Positions 60,734 to 64,000 of a stretch of DNA of 64,000 nt are shown here, in pieces (position 1 is the first letter of the stretch; each line of letters begins with the position of its first letter). The position numbers were made by a program, and so were the translations under genes. The DNA is from Felis catus (Eukaryota). Below the pieces are notes generated by a model. That model was given only the letters and a program-made list of their open reading frames with translations. It did no database searches and was not told the DNA's origin. The stretch is taken from the NCBI RefSeq assembly GCF_018350175.1, contig NC_058379.1, positions 38,130,001-38,194,000 of the forward strand, read 5' to 3'.

Positions 60734-60854
60734 GACAGTCACATTGGGTGGGTGAGTTGGTTCCATTTATGTTTTCTTTGCTCTATGATGATTATATATT
60801 ATAAGTATATATAAGTAAACTTATAGGTTTAAATTGTCCTTCATTTAGTAAATA

Positions 60855-61056
60855 ACATTTATTTATTTTTGAGACAGAACGAGACAGAGCAAGAGTGGGG
60901 GAGGGGCAGAGAGAAAGGGAGACACAGAATCCGAAGCAGGCTCCAGGCTCTGAGCTGCCAGCACAGAGCCCGACACAGGGCTTGAACTCACAGACCACAA
61001 GATCATGACCTGAGCCAAAGTCAGACACCTAACTGACTGAGCCACCCAGGCGCCCC
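60855..61056 (-). mobile_element. Feline SINE (SINEC_Fc2-like)
   Basis: Ends 'cacccaggcgcccc'. TSD-like TCATTTAG(T/C)A(A/G)A. Confidence 0.95.
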
Positions 61057-61257
61057 CTCATTTAGCAGACTTTTTTTTTAAGGACTTGTTAACATAAGTT
61101 ACATCATTTGGTGCTGCAGAACACAACCAAATTACAAGCAGCAAATACAGACCTGTCTGTATTGTGTAAAACATGAGCACTTCCCAGATATTGCTCATGT
61201 TGCATTTTGCACATATTGGAGGTATGCTCACATCCAGGGAATGGTGGTGCTAGTTCA

Positions 61258-61562
61258 CAGATTATAAATTGGCATCTGTAAGCCATTTTTGGTCATACAC
61301 ATGTTCGTGTGGCCAACACGGAGTTTTCATAAATTTTTGATTCGTTATGAACAGGTTTTCACATAGAAAGCCAGACTTCTGGCTTCTCTTGAAAACTGGG
61401 CAGCCCTGGGCCCACTTTCCTGATGTCACAGTGGGCTGGCACTGGGGGTCTTCTCCTGTACGTGGGGGCATGCTCTCCAGTTCACCATGGCTCCACCCAC
61501 GTCACTGTCACTCCTCCTAGGCCTGCCTGGCCCCTATAGACAATGGGGTCTGAGAACCTATG
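61258..61562. mobile_element. MER102-like hAT-Charlie element
   Basis: 'ttcacatagaaagccagacttctggcttctcttgaaaactgg...gggcatgctctccagttcacca...cctgcctggcccctatag'. Confidence 0.75.
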
Positions 61563-61704
61563 CTAGGACCTAGCGGTACACAGAGTGAGCCTGCCTCGTG
61601 TTTGCCCCATTATAGTTACCTTCAGAGTCTTTGTAAAGAAGCAGCCCCCATGGGAGGAAAATAGGGAACCTACCATTGGTGAGGACAGACAAATGACTCT
61701 AGGC

Positions 61705-61856
61705 TAGTGATTCTCAACCCTACGTGACAGGAGCTGGTAAGAGTACCAGTGCCCACTTCCCACCAGCACTGCCCAGACATCCCGACTTCATTGCTATGGG
61801 CATCACCAGATTTTACAATCTCCACAGGTGATTCTAATCTAACTGGAGACCCACTG
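61705..61856. mobile_element. MER5-family MITE
   Basis: 'tagtgattctcaacc...ccacaggtgattctaat...cccactg'. 8-bp hAT-type TSD (C/A)TCTAGGC. Confidence 0.75.
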
Positions 61857-62399
61857 ATCTAGGCCATCTACAGTCCTTGCAAAATGAAACTGCAACAGCA
61901 GGCCGAAGTCAGGAAAATATACATACGCATATGCTCACGTGCATAAATTGAAAGGATTGATGTTGAAGCCTCATCACTCTGGACATTGGTAATTCAACAT
62001 GTATGATAGTTTTGTCTAGGAGCTGCCTATCATTTACCCTTCTTATCCGTAGAAGAGAGTTGGCCAAGCAAATGAGCACTTGTAAGCAAGATTGCTTTAA
62101 ACTGCTTTATAGAAACTAGATTTTTTTTTTGAAGGATTTGAATTCAAACACTGACTTGAGCTAAATATAATTTGTATTCCCTCTTACAAAACCAAAAATT
62201 TGGAAGATACCAGCAGGCGTGGTGAATGTATCATACAGAGCCCCTTCCACAATTGTAGAATTGCTTTCTTGTGTGGTCTGTTATCACCTGGCCTAAAATT
62301 CTATTCGTGCTTTAATTACCTTAAAATAATGTTTATTACTGTCAGAATTTGGCCATTTAGGGCACAGAAGTGTTCATCCAAGAATGTCATTAGAGGAAA

Positions 62400-62830
62400 A
62401 GTTCTGCTAGTGTGCCTGCTGTAATGAAACCATTCCCCCTTCCCAGGCCCCAGATTGGCTGTTGCATGGTAGCATCTGGCAATAAATCTCTGCTGTTTTG
62501 GGGCAGATTCTCTTGATTAGAGGTCTGACAATCACCAGAGTAATTCATGAGATGACTTTATGCAAGAAATTTCATGATTTATAATGGCTTCTAATGGTTT
62601 AATATTTTAATGTAATTACGCTTAATTATACATTGTAATATGCATTGGCCAAGCTTGGGAACTGGGTCTTAGTAAAATGTAGCTAATGGAAAATTTTCCT
62701 CCAGCTTTTTTTAAACAAGGAATTAAGTCCTGACGTGAAACTGAATGCAAATCCAACAAGCAGTCTCTTGCCAGAGAAAATATTGGCGTAATACATTTGA
62801 ATGGCCCAGTTTGTCAGCTCGCTTGGCTAA
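62400..62830. promoter_or_regulatory. Candidate homeodomain/PBX-HOX-rich enhancer
   Basis: TGATTTAT at 62575-62582, TGACA at 62526 and many TAAT/ATTA cores in repeat-free sequence. Confidence 0.4.
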
Positions 62831-63669
62831 ATCCCCAAATCATACACTGTTTTAGAATTATTTCAGAAGTCCTATTTCCCACCTTTCCACTAACCTACTT
62901 TTAGTAATTTCTGTTTGGTTTATGAATTTTTATCAACAGGCAGTCTGGGTGAGGGAGATTTGGGGAGACACACGCAGAATAATGTTATTTATTATGATCA
63001 CCAGTAAAGGGGGTGAGGGAGACAGAGGCGAAACTCATGCCCTGGGCAGGTTTGGGGGTGTCATTTATCTATGCTGCCCACGGTGAGTGGATGTAAAGAC
63101 AGAATAAAGAGCAGAACTAAAATATAGTGCGTTCCCATTTCGCACGTCCCCTCGAAGCTAAGCAGTGACGTAGTGTTCGGATTCCATTTGTGCTGTCCTT
63201 GGGTTTGCAGACAGTCGGGGCTTGAGCAAGGGAGGGCGGTGGATACATGTTAGGATTCATACGAATGTGTTAAGGCTTACGTCTCATTGTACTTTTGAGA
63301 AATAAACCCATTTTAGAATGCCCTCCTGCTCTCTATTCTGTCCTCCCTCTTCTCACTTCCTGTCACCTTCTCTCTCCCCCATGGCACTCAAAATACACCG
63401 AACATAAGGAGCACAGCACCTCAGATCCTTCCCGGCCCTGAGCCTTTTCAGAAGCACGGTGGCAGCTCTTGGGCAAAGGCCCCTTGAGGCCGGGTTACCC
63501 GGAGCCCGAGCCAGACTGCAGGCCCCAGCCAAGCAGCAGGACCTCAGAGGCACCCGAAACACACGGTGCCAGACTTCTCGCTGACGGGAGAACATTCCTA
63601 CTTGCTTTTCATTTGGGGGTTGCTCACTCCCTGGCCTGGAAGAAAAGGTAGAAAACGAGAGAGGGGTCA

Positions 63670-63870
63670 TTCCTGACATTTACATAGTGCTGTCTCATAC
63701 AAGTGATTTAATTCCCTGAACAATCCTGTGTCACTAACTCCATTTTCCAGTTGAAAACACGGAGGCTCTGGGAAGCCGGACATCTAGGTGAGGTTTACAT
63801 GGCGAACGCACAGTGGTCCTGATTTCGGACCCAGGTCTGTGGCCCAAGTCCATGGCACCCTGCACATCAC
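63670..63870 (-). mobile_element. MIR
   Basis: 'gatttaattccctgaacaatcctgtg...ccattttccagttgaaaacacggaggctctgggaag...ggacccaggtctgtggcccaagtccatg'. Confidence 0.8.
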
Positions 63871-64000
63871 CATGCCAGTCACAACAGCCAGATGCACACA
63901 TTCAGGCAGTTCCCCAAATAGGACAGGCTCCCACTGGAACAGAACTCTCGTTTTGTTTTTAGCAGATTTTAAGAGTGCCTATTTTGAAATCTTTGCTTAA

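Noticed and set aside
1-64000. ORF track entries as protein-coding genes
   Set aside because: All are short (at most 182 aa). Many span N-gaps or lie in SINE, L1 or L2 sequence. None resembles a host protein I recognise, and no consistent open exon chain was found.

Overview
Mammalian genomic DNA from a cat-family (Felidae) draft assembly, identified by about 22 tRNA-derived Can-SINE/SINEC_Fc copies; there are four N-gaps. The window looks intronic or intergenic. I found no credible protein-coding exon. The only ORFs with recognisable protein similarity are decayed LINE-1 ORF1p and LINE-2 reverse-transcriptase remnants; an L1 ORF2p endonuclease remnant is also readable by hand. The region is rich in transposable elements: L1MC/L1ME/L1MB, L2, MIR, MER5/MER20/MER102, a MaLR LTR and a probable ERV1 LTR. 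The most complex structure is a roughly 10.5-kb nest at about 41.2-51.7 kb: an ancient L1 contains an L1MB that keeps both ends but has lost its RT core, and that L1MB contains a carnivore L1 3' fragment and five SINEs. Several repeat-poor islands (about 8.8-12.1, 17.7-20.8, 25.1-26.4, 37.9-39.7 and 61.9-63.7 kb) stand out, and most carry PBX-HOX/MEIS, homeodomain or AP-1 motifs, making them candidate conserved enhancers. A few splice-bounded segments could be lncRNA exons. I do not see evidence for a genuinely new biological system. Repeat family names come from remembered consensus sequences and need RepeatMasker/Dfam confirmation.
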